A stretch of 64,000 bases of DNA from Betaproteobacteria bacterium (lineage in GTDB: Bacteria; Pseudomonadota; Gammaproteobacteria; Burkholderiales; Ferrovaceae), in NCBI GenBank assembly GCA_028868905.1, contig JAGWTQ010000001.1:684-64683 (forward strand), in the 5' to 3' direction. This document shows, piece after piece, positions 22,154 to 32,536 of the stretch. The stretch's first letter is position 1. Every line of letters begins with the position of its first letter. Position numbers and translations under genes: made by a program. The notes below the pieces were generated by a model that was given only the letters and a program-made list of their open reading frames with translations, did not search any database and was not told the DNA's origin.

Positions 22154-22817
22154 CGGTCTGCTCCAGCATGTAGCCAAGCCCGCGCACGGTCCTGATGACG
22201 GTTCCCGACCCTTCGATTTTTCCGCGCAGGCGGTGCACGTAAGCTTCGATGGCGTTTTCGCTGAGATCCTGCCCCAGGCTTGTCAGGGCCTGGATCAGCT
22301 GTTCCTTGGACACGATGCGGCGGGCATGGGTGGCCAGGTATTCGAGTACACCCCATTCGCGCCCTGACAAATCCAGAGGCTGTTCCTGCAGGAATGCACG
22401 CCGCCCCGCGGTATCGAGCGTGAGCGCGCCTATGCTGAAGCGGGCGCTGCCGGTTCCCGCGCTACGACGAATGAGCGCCCGCAAGCGGGCCTGCAATTCC
22501 GCCATGGCCACAGGTTTTATGATGTAATCGTCGGCGCCCAGGTCCAGCCCCTGCACGCGGTCTTCCACGGCATCCCGGGCCGTCAGGATGAGCACCGGCA
22601 ACGTCGCCCCCTTCGACCGCAAGGCGCGGACCACAGCATAGCCATCGCCGTCAGGCAGGCCCAGATCCAGCACAATGGCATCAAAATGTTCGCTGCCCAG
22701 CATGTGCTGCGCATCGGCAATTCCGCCCACCCAGTCCACGGCAAACCCGGAATGTTCCAGCGAAGCCGACATGGCCTTGCCGAGCGTTCTGTCATCTTCG
22801 ACCACCAGTATGCGCAC
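22137..22817 (-). CDS. OmpR/PhoB-family response regulator (TctD-like)
   Basis: GTG start, (M)RILVVEDD receiver with DLGLPDGDG, and a winged-helix C-terminus (IEAYVHRLRGKIE...IRTVRGLGY). Confidence 0.9.
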   Translation of the reverse strand: MRILVVEDDRTLGKAMSASLEHSGFAVDWVGGIADAQHMLGSEHFDAIVLDLGLPDGDGYAVVRALRSKGATLPVLILTARDAVEDRVQGLDLGADDYIIKPVAMAELQARLRALIRRSAGTGSARFSIGALTLDTAGRRAFLQEQPLDLSGREWGVLEYLATHARRIVSKEQLIQALTSLGQDLSENAIEAYVHRLRGKIEGSGTVIRTVRGLGYMLEQTDEPAH

Positions 22818-22818
22818 G

Positions 22819-22836
22819 CTGTCAGTTCCCTGTCAG
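22819..22836 (+). promoter_or_regulatory. Pho-box-like direct repeat (candidate OmpR/PhoB-family regulator site) in the divergent regulator/efflux control region
   Basis: CTGTCAG-TTCC-CTGTCAG: two 7-mers with 11-bp periodicity. They are followed after 10 nt by CAAAAT (22847-22852). Confidence 0.35.
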
Positions 22837-22934
22837 CAAAAGCGTGCAAAATGCGCCGCTCCTGCCCTGAGCGGGATTTTATCCCGTAGGCGGAGACCTC
22901 AGGCAACTTTACCGGCCGTTATGGACACCACCCC

Positions 22935-24503
22935 GTGAACCGCTTGATCAAAATTCGCCTTTTCACCGCAGCCGCCTGCTGTTCCCTGCTGGCCGGGTGC
23001 GCGCTCGGGCCTGATTTTGCACGCCCCGCGGCGCCTGCGGCAGAGGGCTACGCGCCGGGGCAAAGCGTGGCCCAACTCGAGCAAGCTTCCCGGGCTGCCT
23101 CCGGTTCGCCGCATTTCAACGCCGGCAAAGACATCCCCTTCGACTGGTGGACCCTGTTCCAGTCTCCGCAACTCAATGCCCTGATCGAACGCGCCTTCAA
23201 GGCCAGCCCCTCGATCGAAGCCGCCCAGGCCGCCTTGCGCCAGGCCCAGCAAAACACCCTGGCCCAGCAGGGGTTCTTCTACCCCACTTTGGGGCTAGAA
23301 TACCTGCCCACGCGCAACAAGCTGGCCGGCAACATGGGGGGCAACTCACCCGGGGTGCAGGGCAACGGCACCATCATCCAGACCTATTCCAACCCCTCCG
23401 GCCCGGCACCTTACAACGGGCCGGTCTACTACAACTTCCACACGGCCCAGGTCACCCTGAATTACGCACCGGACGTATTCGGCGGCAACCGCCGTCAGGT
23501 GGAATCGCTGGAAGCACAGGCCGAGTCCCAGAAATTCCAGCTGGAAGCCGCCTACATCACGCTGGCCTCCAACGTGGTGGCTGCCGCCCTGCAGGAAGCT
23601 TCGGTGCGCGCGCAGATTGCAGCCATGGAAAGCATTGTTGAAGACAACCGCAAGCTGCTCCAGATCTCGCACAAGCAATTCAAATACGGCTACATCAACG
23701 GCATCGACCTGTCAGCCCAGGAACTGGCGCTGGCGCAAACCGAACAAGCCCTGGTGCCGCTGCGCCAGCAGCTCGCCCAGACCCGCGACCTGATTCGCGT
23801 GCTGGCGGGCCAATTGCCGAATGAAGAGGTTCCGGAAACATTCGAGCTGTCGTCCATTCACCTGCCGCAGGAACTGCCCGTGAGCCTGCCTTCCCGTCTG
23901 GTGGAGCAGCGACCCGACGTGCGCGCCGCCGAAGCCCAGCTCCATGCTGCCAACGCCCAGATCGGCGTCGCCATCGCCAACCGTTTCCCGCAGTTTTCCA
24001 TCACCGGTCTGCTGGGCGGGGAGGCGTCGGTTCCCAGCCAGATGTTCCAGACCGGCGGCGGTTTCTTCAACCTGATCGGCGACATTTCGCTCCCCGTCTT
24101 TGACGGCGGCACGCTGAGCGCGCGCGAACAGGGGGCGCGCGAAGCCCTGCAACAAGCCGCAGCCCAATACAAGAGCACCGTGCTGGCCGCCTTCCAGAAC
24201 GTGGCGGACACGCTACATGCCATCCAGTCGGATGCAAATGCCTACCGTGCCGCCACCCGGTCCCGCGAGGCCGCACAAAAAGCGCTCACCATCACGCGCA
24301 AGCAGTATGAACTGGGTCAGGTGAGTTACCCCGTACTGCTGGTCGCTGACCAGTCTTACCAGCAATCCGCCATCACATCCATCCAGGTTGAAACCAATCG
24401 CCTGGGCGATGCTGCAGCCTTGTACCAGGCGCTGGGCGGAGGCTGGTGGCACCGCCCGGATGAAGTCCGGGCCCATTCGTCGCAGGGAGACGCCACGCCA
24501 TGA
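22935..24503 (+). CDS. RND efflux outer-membrane factor lipoprotein (NodT family)
   Basis: GTG start, lipobox LLAGC, and two OEP repeats with the typical coiled-coil regions. Confidence 0.88.
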   Translation: MNRLIKIRLFTAAACCSLLAGCALGPDFARPAAPAAEGYAPGQSVAQLEQASRAASGSPHFNAGKDIPFDWWTLFQSPQLNALIERAFKASPSIEAAQAALRQAQQNTLAQQGFFYPTLGLEYLPTRNKLAGNMGGNSPGVQGNGTIIQTYSNPSGPAPYNGPVYYNFHTAQVTLNYAPDVFGGNRRQVESLEAQAESQKFQLEAAYITLASNVVAAALQEASVRAQIAAMESIVEDNRKLLQISHKQFKYGYINGIDLSAQELALAQTEQALVPLRQQLAQTRDLIRVLAGQLPNEEVPETFELSSIHLPQELPVSLPSRLVEQRPDVRAAEAQLHAANAQIGVAIANRFPQFSITGLLGGEASVPSQMFQTGGGFFNLIGDISLPVFDGGTLSAREQGAREALQQAAAQYKSTVLAAFQNVADTLHAIQSDANAYRAATRSREAAQKALTITRKQYELGQVSYPVLLVADQSYQQSAITSIQVETNRLGDAAALYQALGGGWWHRPDEVRAHSSQGDATP

Positions 24504-25690
24504 CCGTTTCGAAAAGAAAGACCGCCGCTCTGGGCGTCGCAGCGGTGCTGCTGGCCTGCGGGCTGTACTGGAGCACGCCCCTGCTCGCCCTGCAGGACGC
24601 ACAGCCGACAATGACGAAGCCGTCGCCCCATGGGGCGGCAAATGCGTTCATCGAACTGACGGACGCCCAGGCCCAACAGATTCAGGTGCGGCCAGTGGAA
24701 ACCGGCACGTTTGCCGCCACACGGGATGCCGTGGGCAACATCGCTTTCAACGACGACCGGACCGTTCCCGTTTTTCCTGCCTACCAGGGAAAGATCAGCG
24801 CCATCTTTACGGATGTCGGCCAGGACGTACAAAAAGGAGCTCCGTTGTATGCCGTTGAGAGTCCCGACCTGTTGCAAGCCGAATCCACGCTGATCAGTAC
24901 CGCCGGGGTGCGCGACCTTACCCAGCGTGCTCTGGAACGAGCCCAGCAGTTGTATGGCGTGCAGGGCATTTCGGAAAAGGATCTGCAGCAGGCCATATCC
25001 GACCAGCAAAGTGCCGAAGGCGCCTACAAGGCCGCCAGGGATGCCGTGCGCATTTTCGGAAAGACCGATGTGCAAATGAACCAGATCGTGCTGGCGCGGC
25101 GCGTGGATGCCACCTTGCTGGTCACAAGCCCGGTCAGTGGCCGGGTCGTGAGCCGGAGTGCCGCGCCGGGCATCCTGGCCCAGCCGGGAACCCCCCCGGC
25201 GCCCTTCACCGTGGCCGATATCTCCACCCTCTGGATGATCGCCAACGTCAGCGAAAGCGATGCCCCGGCCCTGCGGTTGGGACAGCCGGTCGAAGTCACC
25301 CTGATGGCTTATCCGGGCCGGACGTTCCAGGGGAAAATCACCAACATCGGGGCAGCCGTGGATCCTGGCACCCACCGTCTGGCCGTGCGGGCGGAAATCC
25401 GGGACCCGCAACATGAACTCCGTCCCGGCATGCTGGCCAACTTCGCCATACAAACCGGTGTCACGGCCCATTCCCCTGCCGTGCCCGCGGACAGCGTGGT
25501 GCGTGAAAACGATGGCACGATGAGCGTCTGGGTAACCACGGATCGGCACCGATTTTACAAGCGCACGGTCACGCTGGGACTGCAACAGGGTGGGCAATAC
25601 CAGATCCTGAACGGCATCCAGACCGGAGAAAACGTGGCCACCGAAGGTGCCATCTTCCTCAGCCACGCCTACGAAGCCGGGACGCACTGA
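24500..25690 (+). CDS. RND efflux periplasmic adaptor (membrane fusion protein, CzcB-like)
   Basis: N-terminal anchor, HlyD/biotinyl-lipoyl-like hairpin (KGAPLYAVESPDLLQAE) and a beta-barrel C-terminus. ATGA overlap with the OMF gene. Confidence 0.88.
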   Translation: MTVSKRKTAALGVAAVLLACGLYWSTPLLALQDAQPTMTKPSPHGAANAFIELTDAQAQQIQVRPVETGTFAATRDAVGNIAFNDDRTVPVFPAYQGKISAIFTDVGQDVQKGAPLYAVESPDLLQAESTLISTAGVRDLTQRALERAQQLYGVQGISEKDLQQAISDQQSAEGAYKAARDAVRIFGKTDVQMNQIVLARRVDATLLVTSPVSGRVVSRSAAPGILAQPGTPPAPFTVADISTLWMIANVSESDAPALRLGQPVEVTLMAYPGRTFQGKITNIGAAVDPGTHRLAVRAEIRDPQHELRPGMLANFAIQTGVTAHSPAVPADSVVRENDGTMSVWVTTDRHRFYKRTVTLGLQQGGQYQILNGIQTGENVATEGAIFLSHAYEAGTH

Positions 25691-25693
25691 CCC

Positions 25694-28600
25694 ATGCTGA
25701 AAAACCTCCTGGCCTTCTCCCTGAGCCGCAGGCCCATCATCCTGATCCTGCTGGCGGCATTCCTGGCGGCGGGCCTGATGGCTTACAACAAGCTCAATGT
25801 GGAAGCCTATCCCAACCCGGCCCCGGTCATTCTGGAAATCACTGCCCAGTCGCCGGGACTTTCTGCCGAGGAAATGGAACGCTATTACACAGTGCCCATG
25901 GAAGTGGGTCTGGCCGCCACGCCCGGCGTGGATGTCATCCGTTCCACATCATTCACGGGACTTTCATTCCTGCGCGTCACCTTTCACTACGGCATCGACT
26001 ACTACTTCGCCTACACCCAGGCTGCGCTGAGCCTGCAGCAAAACGTCAGCCTCCCCAACAACGTGTCACCCCAGATCCAGGCCTCCAGCCTGGTGGGCGA
26101 AGTCTACCGCTACCAGCTGACCGGCCCGCCCGACTTCGGCCTGACCAACCTGCGCACGGTCCAGGACTGGGTCGTGCAACGCCGGCTGCTGACAGTGCCC
26201 GGTGTCGTTCAGGTCAACACCTGGGGGGGAACCACCAAGGAATTCGAGGTGGAAGCGGACCTGCACAAGCTGGAGGCCTACAGCGTCACGGTGCCGCAAT
26301 TGCTGTCTGCCATCGCCAACGCCAACATCAACGTGGGCGGTCGCACCATCCATTTCGGCCAGCAGTCGATCAACATCCGCGGCATCGGGCTGATTGACAG
26401 CGGCGGCGCACTGGACCTGACCAAAGGCAACAACGTCGGCGACATCGAGAACATCGTGCTCAGCCAGAAGGGTGGAGTCCCCGTGCGCGTGGCCGACATC
26501 GCCAAGGTTTCCGTGGGCTATGTGCCGCGCCTGGGAAGGGCAGGGCGGGACAAGGAGGACGATGTCGTGGCCGCCATCGTGGTGATGAACCGGACCATGC
26601 AAACCAATGACGTGGTGGCGCGCATCCAAGCCGAAGTGAAGAAGATCAACAGCGATGGGTCGTTGCCGGCCGGCGTCAAGCTGGTGCCGTTTTATGACCG
26701 GACCTCGCTCGTCTCCGTCACCACCCACACGGTGGTCCATAACCTGATTTTCGGATGCCTGCTGGTATTTTTCATCCAGTGGATTTTTCTGGGCGATCTG
26801 CGCAGTGCCATCATCGTTAGCGCCAACATCCCCTTCGCCTTGTTTTTCAGCATCATCATCCTGGTGCTGACCGGCGAATCGGCCAACCTGCTGTCGCTGG
26901 GCGCCGTCGACTTCGGCATCATCGTCGACTCGGCCGTCATCCTGGTGGAAAACGTGTTCAGAAATTTCCAGAAAAAGGCCGACGCCCGCACCGAGCTGCT
27001 GCACGACCAGGCGCAAAGCGGCTATCGGCAGCTGCTTTCCAGCCACGGCTGGACCAATCGCCTGCGCCTCATTTTTGTCAGCGCCATCCAGGTGGACCGC
27101 GCCATCCTCTTTTCCACCGCCATCACCGTGGCGGCTTTCATTCCCCTGTTCACCATGCAAGGCGTGGAAGGACAGATTTTCGGCCCCATGGCCCGCACCT
27201 ACGGCTACGCCCTGGCCGGCGCGCTGCTGGCCACATTCACCGTCACCCCGGTGCTGGCTTCCCTGCTGTTGCCCAAACAGGTGAAGGAGAAGGAAACGCT
27301 GCTGGTGGAAAAGCTGCGTGCCGTTTATCGTCCGGTGCTGCGCTGGGCCTTGACCCACGTGCGCCAGACCGTGCTTCTGGGCGTGTTGTTTCTGGTCCTG
27401 TCGTTTGTCCTGTTCACACGCATCGGCTCCGAATTTCTCCCCACGCTGGAAGAAGGCAACCTGTGGATCCGCGTGACCATGCCGCCCACCATTTCCCTGG
27501 AAGCCGGGATGCCCGTGGTGGACCGGATGCGCCGCATCCTGATCAGCCACCCGGAAGTCATCACCGCCGTTTCACAGCATGGACGACCGGACAACGGCAG
27601 CGATGCGGCCGGTTTCTACAATGCCGAGTTTTTCGTGCCGCTCAAGCCTTTTGACGAATGGCCGAGCGGCATGACCAAGAAAAAACTGATTGACCTGATC
27701 CAGAAAGAATTCAACAGCGAATTTACCGGGGTCGAACTCAATTTTTCCCAGTACATCCAGGACAATGTGGAAGAAGGCCTGTCCGGCATCAAGGGGGCCA
27801 ACTCCGTCAAAATCCTGGGCCCGGATCTGGCCGTCCTGGAAAAACTGGCTGACCAGGTCCAGGCGGAGATGTCCAAAATACGGGGAGTGACCGACCTCGG
27901 CGTGTTCCGCGTGCTGGGGCAGCCCAACCTCAACGTCGCCGTGGATCGAGCCAAAGCCGCGCGCTACGGCCTCAATACCGGAGACGTCAACGCCGTGGTG
28001 CAGGCGGCCCTGGGCGGCACGCAGGCCACCACGGTGTATGAAGGCGACCGCCAGTTTGGCCTGACGGTGCGGCTGTCGCCGGAATACCGCAAGGACATCG
28101 AAGCGGTCGGACGCATCAAGGTCGGCTACCAGACCCCGTCGGGTGCGACAGCTTACATTCCCCTGAGCGAACTGGCCCGCATCAGCCTGGACACCGGGGC
28201 ATCCTATATCTACCACGAACGAAACCAGCGCTTCATTCCGGTTAAATTCAGTGTCCGTGGGCGCGATCTGGGCAGCACGGTGGCCGAAGCCCAGCGCCGG
28301 GTGGCGGAAAAAGTCGCCCTGCCGGAAGGGTATCGCCTGGCCTGGTCCGGTGAGTTCGAGGAATTGCAGCTGGCCAAAAAACGCCTGGCATTCGTCTTGC
28401 CCGTAGCCCTGGCCATCATCGTGATCCTGCTCTACACCCTGTTCAGTTCCGTTCGCGACAGTCTGCTGGCCCTGGCAGCAATTCCCTTTTCCATTGCCGG
28501 AGGCATTTTCGCCCTGTACGTGACCGGCCTGCATTTCAGCGTCTCTGCCGCCATCGGTTTTGTATCTCTGTTCGGCGTGTCGGTGATGAACGGCATCCTG

Positions 28601-28900
28601 GTCATCACCTACTACAACCATCTGGTCGACGTGGAAGGCCTGCCACCGATCGAAGCCATGTTCAATGCGGCCGAGCAGCGCATGCGGCCCATGCTGATGA
28701 CCGCGTTGTCCGCCTGCATCGGCCTGCTGCCGGCCGCCGTTTCCACCGGCATCGGCAGCCAGGTGCAGAAACCACTGGCCACGGTGGTGGTGGGCGGCAT
28801 GCTGCTGGGACCGATCATGCTGCTGGTGGTGGCGCCCGCACTCCAGATCTTCTTCCTGGGCCAGGGCAAACCAACCGTCACGCCGTCAGAAAACGAGTGA
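25694..28900 (+). CDS. Heavy-metal-efflux RND inner-membrane pump (CzcA/CusA family)
   Basis: 1068 aa with 12-TM RND architecture. TM4 reads SLGAVDFGIIVDSAVILVEN, the DFG-D-EN pattern of CzcA-type HME-RND pumps. Confidence 0.93.
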   Translation: MLKNLLAFSLSRRPIILILLAAFLAAGLMAYNKLNVEAYPNPAPVILEITAQSPGLSAEEMERYYTVPMEVGLAATPGVDVIRSTSFTGLSFLRVTFHYGIDYYFAYTQAALSLQQNVSLPNNVSPQIQASSLVGEVYRYQLTGPPDFGLTNLRTVQDWVVQRRLLTVPGVVQVNTWGGTTKEFEVEADLHKLEAYSVTVPQLLSAIANANINVGGRTIHFGQQSINIRGIGLIDSGGALDLTKGNNVGDIENIVLSQKGGVPVRVADIAKVSVGYVPRLGRAGRDKEDDVVAAIVVMNRTMQTNDVVARIQAEVKKINSDGSLPAGVKLVPFYDRTSLVSVTTHTVVHNLIFGCLLVFFIQWIFLGDLRSAIIVSANIPFALFFSIIILVLTGESANLLSLGAVDFGIIVDSAVILVENVFRNFQKKADARTELLHDQAQSGYRQLLSSHGWTNRLRLIFVSAIQVDRAILFSTAITVAAFIPLFTMQGVEGQIFGPMARTYGYALAGALLATFTVTPVLASLLLPKQVKEKETLLVEKLRAVYRPVLRWALTHVRQTVLLGVLFLVLSFVLFTRIGSEFLPTLEEGNLWIRVTMPPTISLEAGMPVVDRMRRILISHPEVITAVSQHGRPDNGSDAAGFYNAEFFVPLKPFDEWPSGMTKKKLIDLIQKEFNSEFTGVELNFSQYIQDNVEEGLSGIKGANSVKILGPDLAVLEKLADQVQAEMSKIRGVTDLGVFRVLGQPNLNVAVDRAKAARYGLNTGDVNAVVQAALGGTQATTVYEGDRQFGLTVRLSPEYRKDIEAVGRIKVGYQTPSGATAYIPLSELARISLDTGASYIYHERNQRFIPVKFSVRGRDLGSTVAEAQRRVAEKVALPEGYRLAWSGEFEELQLAKKRLAFVLPVALAIIVILLYTLFSSVRDSLLALAAIPFSIAGGIFALYVTGLHFSVSAAIGFVSLFGVSVMNGILVITYYNHLVDVEGLPPIEAMFNAAEQRMRPMLMTALSACIGLLPAAVSTGIGSQVQKPLATVVVGGMLLGPIMLLVVAPALQIFFLGQGKPTVTPSENE

Positions 28901-30412
28901 ACCCGGCTGCGCTTCGCGGCAGCTCCAGCCGCGGTAGCTGATCGCTTCGGCCAGGTCGGCCACGCTCACGCGTGCATCGCCGCGGAGGTCTGCCACCGTG
29001 CGCGCCACCCGCAGGATGCGATGCACGGCCCGTGCCGACAAACTGAAGCGGGTTGCGGCACGGAACAGCATGTCCTGGCCGGGTCCGTCGAGCACCACAT
29101 GGCGCGACAGCGCGTCCACTGGCAGGCGGGCATTGGATTGTTGCTGGCGTTCCTTTTGACGCTGCATGGCCTGCCCGACCCGCTTGCGGATCACCGCACT
29201 CGCTTCACCTTCCCGGTTCTGCCGTATTTCCCATGCAGACAGGGACGGCACGTCCAAGATCAGATCGATGCGGTCCATCAGCGGACCTGAAATGCGCCTG
29301 CGATAACGATCCACCTGCTGTTGCGAACACTTGCAGCTGCCCGACGGCTGGCCATAAAAACCACAGGGACAGGGATTCATGGTTCCCACCAGCTGGAAAC
29401 GGGCTGGATACGTGATTTTTCGGGCCGCCCGCGAGACCGTGATCACGCCGCTTTCCAGGGGTTCGCGCAGCGCTTCCAGCGCGTTGCGCGAAAATTCCGC
29501 CATTTCGTCCAGGTGCAAAATGCCGCCGTGGGCCAGGGACGCTTCACCGGGCGCCGAGCGGGGGCCTCCTCCAGCCAGCGCCGCCACGGTTGCCGCATGA
29601 TGCGGCTGGCGAAAAGGCCTGCGCTGCCACTGTGCCGTGGAAAAGCTTTCTTCGCCGGCTGAACGGATGGCCGCCACCTCCAGGGCTTCCTGCGGGTCCA
29701 GGGGAGGACATATGCCGGGGAAGCGCGCAGCCAGCATGGATTTTCCCGTACCCGGAGGCCCCGCCATCAGGATATGGTGCCCGCCGGCTGCCGCAATTTC
29801 CAGGGCGCGTCTGGCCTGGAGCTGCCCGCGCACTTCGGCCATGTCGGGGTAGTCAGCCTCCTCCTGCGTTTTCAACTCCACATGGAGGGGGCTCAGAAGC
29901 CGTTCCCCGGACAGGTGCCGACAAACCTCCATCAAATGGCCTGCTGCGAATATTTCGGCACTTCGGGCCAGCGCGCCCTGTTCCGCGCAGTCGGAAGGCA
30001 AAACGAATTTCCGGCCGTCTTTGCCCACCGCCACAGCCATGGGCAATGCCCCGCGCACGGTACGCAAGGCTCCGCTCAGGGCCAGCTCGCCGGCAAACTC
30101 GTAAAGATGCAACGCGCTGTCGGTCAGCTGGCCGGAAGCCGCCAGTATCCCGAGCGCGATCGGCAGGTCAAAGCGGCTGGATTGCTTGGGCAGGTCGGCC
30201 GGTGCGAGATTGACGGTGACGCGCCGCGCAGGAAACTGGAAACCGCAGTTGACCAGGGCAGCCCGCACCCGCTCCCGGCTTTCGCGCACTTCCGTGTCGG
30301 GCAGGCCCACCAGATTGAATTGGGGCAGGCCGTTGGCGAGATGCACTTCCACCTGCACCAACGGTGCCGCAACCCCCACCAGGGCACGGCTGCAAACCAC
30401 AGCAAAAGCCAT
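28886..30412 (-). CDS. comM: YifB/ComM family Mg-chelatase-like AAA+ ATPase
   Basis: ChlI N-domain, Walker A GPPGTGKS, C4 zinc-ribbon-like CPCGFYG...CKCS and Mg_chelatase_C. ATG at 30412 is preferred over the GTG at 30424 because GGGAGG lies upstream. Confidence 0.9.
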   Translation of the reverse strand: MAFAVVCSRALVGVAAPLVQVEVHLANGLPQFNLVGLPDTEVRESRERVRAALVNCGFQFPARRVTVNLAPADLPKQSSRFDLPIALGILAASGQLTDSALHLYEFAGELALSGALRTVRGALPMAVAVGKDGRKFVLPSDCAEQGALARSAEIFAAGHLMEVCRHLSGERLLSPLHVELKTQEEADYPDMAEVRGQLQARRALEIAAAGGHHILMAGPPGTGKSMLAARFPGICPPLDPQEALEVAAIRSAGEESFSTAQWQRRPFRQPHHAATVAALAGGGPRSAPGEASLAHGGILHLDEMAEFSRNALEALREPLESGVITVSRAARKITYPARFQLVGTMNPCPCGFYGQPSGSCKCSQQQVDRYRRRISGPLMDRIDLILDVPSLSAWEIRQNREGEASAVIRKRVGQAMQRQKERQQQSNARLPVDALSRHVVLDGPGQDMLFRAATRFSLSARAVHRILRVARTVADLRGDARVSVADLAEAISYRGWSCREAQPGSLVF

Positions 30413-30492
30413 AGGGGAAAACACCTCCCAAATGGCTCATTCTCAGGGAATGGATCGAGGCTGCCAGCAAGAAAAGAAAAACGGATTGGAGC

Positions 30493-30870
30493 TCAGAGCA
30501 TGCCCAGGGTGAGCATCGCCGCTTCGCTCATGCGGTCACGGGTCCAGGGGGGTTCCCAGACCAGTTCCACTTTGGCGCTCTGAACGCCCGGCACTTCCAT
30601 GACCCGCCGCTCCACTTCGCCGGGAAACGTCTGGGCCACCGGACAGCCAGGCGCCGTCAGGGTCATCTGGATATCCACGTGGGCAGATTCGGGATCGATG
30701 GCGAGCCCGTAGATCAACCCGAGATCATAGATGTTGACCGGAATCTCGGGATCGTAAACTGTCTTGAGCGCTTCGATGACCGACAGCTCCAGCGCTTCGC
30801 GGGCGCTGGGAGCTTCCGGCTCCGAAGCGGCCGGCCCCTCCGATTTTCCCAGCCATTCATATACGGACAT
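30493..30870 (-). CDS. sufT: SUF-associated DUF59/MIP18-family Fe-S assembly protein (SufT-like)
   Basis: VIEALKTVYDPEIPVNIYDLGLIY and TLTAPGCP motifs. Last gene of the suf operon. Confidence 0.8.
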   Translation of the reverse strand: MSVYEWLGKSEGPAASEPEAPSAREALELSVIEALKTVYDPEIPVNIYDLGLIYGLAIDPESAHVDIQMTLTAPGCPVAQTFPGEVERRVMEVPGVQSAKVELVWEPPWTRDRMSEAAMLTLGML

Positions 30871-30872
30871 GA

Positions 30873-31313
30873 TTACTCCGTCGAGACAGGGTTGGACTCA
30901 TTCTTGAGAGCCGCATTGAGGGTATGCCAGGCCAGCGTGGCACATTTCACGCGCGCCGGAAATTCGCTGACTCCGGCCAGGACGGCCAGCTTGCCCAGGT
31001 CCACGCTCACAGGCTCCCCCATCACCATGTGATGAAACCCTTCGAACAGGATGGCTGCTTCCGCTTCCGTTTTTCCTTTGAGCGCTTCGGTCATGAGCGA
31101 CGCAGACGCCGTGGAAATGGCACAGCCGGCCCCTTCGAACCGGGCTTCCTGGATCACGCCCCCTTCCACGCGCAGGTGAAGGGTGAGGCGATCGCCGCAC
31201 AGGGGGTTGAAGCCGTCGGCATGACGATTGGCCTCCGGCAGGGCGCCGAAATTTCTCGGATGCCGGTTATGGTCGAAAATCACTTCCTGGTACAGGTCGC
31301 GCAGATCGCTCAT
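30873..31313 (-). CDS. sufU: SufU-type (NifU/IscU-like, zinc-dependent) sulfur transfer protein
   Basis: [36 protein letters not shown], and a C-terminal Cys in VKCATLAW. Confidence 0.85.
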   Translation of the reverse strand: MSDLRDLYQEVIFDHNRHPRNFGALPEANRHADGFNPLCGDRLTLHLRVEGGVIQEARFEGAGCAISTASASLMTEALKGKTEAEAAILFEGFHHMVMGEPVSVDLGKLAVLAGVSEFPARVKCATLAWHTLNAALKNESNPVSTE

Positions 31314-32536
31314 TTCAGGAACAGCTCCTCCACCCGTCGCAGGGCGCGAAACAGGGCGTCCACTTCGTCGGGCGTGTTGTACAGGGCAAAGGAGGCTCGC
31401 GCCGTGGCGGGCAGGTGGTAGTGGTCCATGACCGGCATGGCGCAGTGGTGGCCCGTGCGGATGGCAACCCCTTCGCTGTCCAGAATGGTGCCGATGTCGT
31501 GGGGATGCACCCCTTTCATCACGAAGGACAGGATGCTGGCCTTGCCAGGCGCCGTGCCGATCACCTGCAGCCCTTCAAAAGCGGAGGCCAGACGGGTGGC
31601 TTGCGCCAGCAACGTGTCCTCGTGGGCTGCAATGGTTTCAAGCCCCACCGACAGGATAAAATCAATGGCGGCACCCAGCCCGACAACGCCGGCAATATGG
31701 GGCGTGCCGGCTTCAAACTTGTAAGGCAGTTCGTTGTAGGTGGTTTTCTTGAACGTGACCTGGGCGATCATGTCGCCGCCACCCTGGTAGGGCGGCATTT
31801 TTTCCAGGTGCTCGCGCTTGCCATACAAAACACCGATTCCGGTGGGGCCGTACAGCTTGTGGCCGGAGAACACATAAAAATCGCAATCCAGCGCCTTCAC
31901 ATCCACGGACAGGTGGGCCACCGCCTGGGCTCCGTCCACCAGCACCAGCGCGCCTGCCTGGTGGGCTTTGCGGATGATGTCGGCTACCGGGTTGACCGTG
32001 CCCAGGGCATTCGAGACCTGGGTGATGCCCACCAGTTTCGTGCGCGGGCCCAGCAGGGATTCGAACGCGCCAGGAACCAGCGCGCCACGCTCATCGATGG
32101 GGATGACTTTCAGGACAGCCCCGGTGGCTTCGCACAACAGCTGCCACGGCACAATGTTGGCATGGTGTTCCATCTCGCTCACCAGGATCTCGTCACCCGC
32201 CTTCAGGTTGGTGCGTCCCCAGCTGTGCGCCACCAGGTTGATGGCTTCGGTGGCGCCCCGGGTGAAAATGATTTCTTCCCGATGCGGCGCCTTGAGGAAA
32301 TTTTTCACCTTGTCGCGCGCCGCCTCGAAGGCGTCGGTCGCTTCCTGGCTCAGGGCGTGCACGCCCCGGTGAATGTTGGCGTTCTGGAATTCGTAATAGT
32401 GCCGTTCCGCGTCGATCACGGCGCGCGGTTTCTGGGTCGTGGCCGCATTGTCCAGATAGACCAGGGGCCGCCCATGCACTTCACGCGCGAGAATGGGGAA
32501 TTGCGCACGCATGCGCTGCACGTCAAACATGAGCAT
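31310..32536 (-). CDS. sufS: Cysteine desulfurase SufS (group II)
   Basis: [28 protein letters not shown]-lysine [10 protein letters not shown], and the active-site loop RTGHHCAMP. Confidence 0.93.
   Translation of the reverse strand: MLMFDVQRMRAQFPILAREVHGRPLVYLDNAATTQKPRAVIDAERHYYEFQNANIHRGVHALSQEATDAFEAARDKVKNFLKAPHREEIIFTRGATEAINLVAHSWGRTNLKAGDEILVSEMEHHANIVPWQLLCEATGAVLKVIPIDERGALVPGAFESLLGPRTKLVGITQVSNALGTVNPVADIIRKAHQAGALVLVDGAQAVAHLSVDVKALDCDFYVFSGHKLYGPTGIGVLYGKREHLEKMPPYQGGGDMIAQVTFKKTTYNELPYKFEAGTPHIAGVVGLGAAIDFILSVGLETIAAHEDTLLAQATRLASAFEGLQVIGTAPGKASILSFVMKGVHPHDIGTILDSEGVAIRTGHHCAMPVMDHYHLPATARASFALYNTPDEVDALFRALRRVEELFLK

Noticed and set aside
24356-25687. 443-aa minus-strand ORF
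   Set aside because: It is antisense to the RND adaptor gene and has no domain signature.
26066-27550. 494-aa minus-strand ORF, with a similar one at 27572-28621
   Set aside because: Both are antisense to the RND pump gene, whose 12-TM architecture and TM4 motif are clear. They are shadow ORFs.
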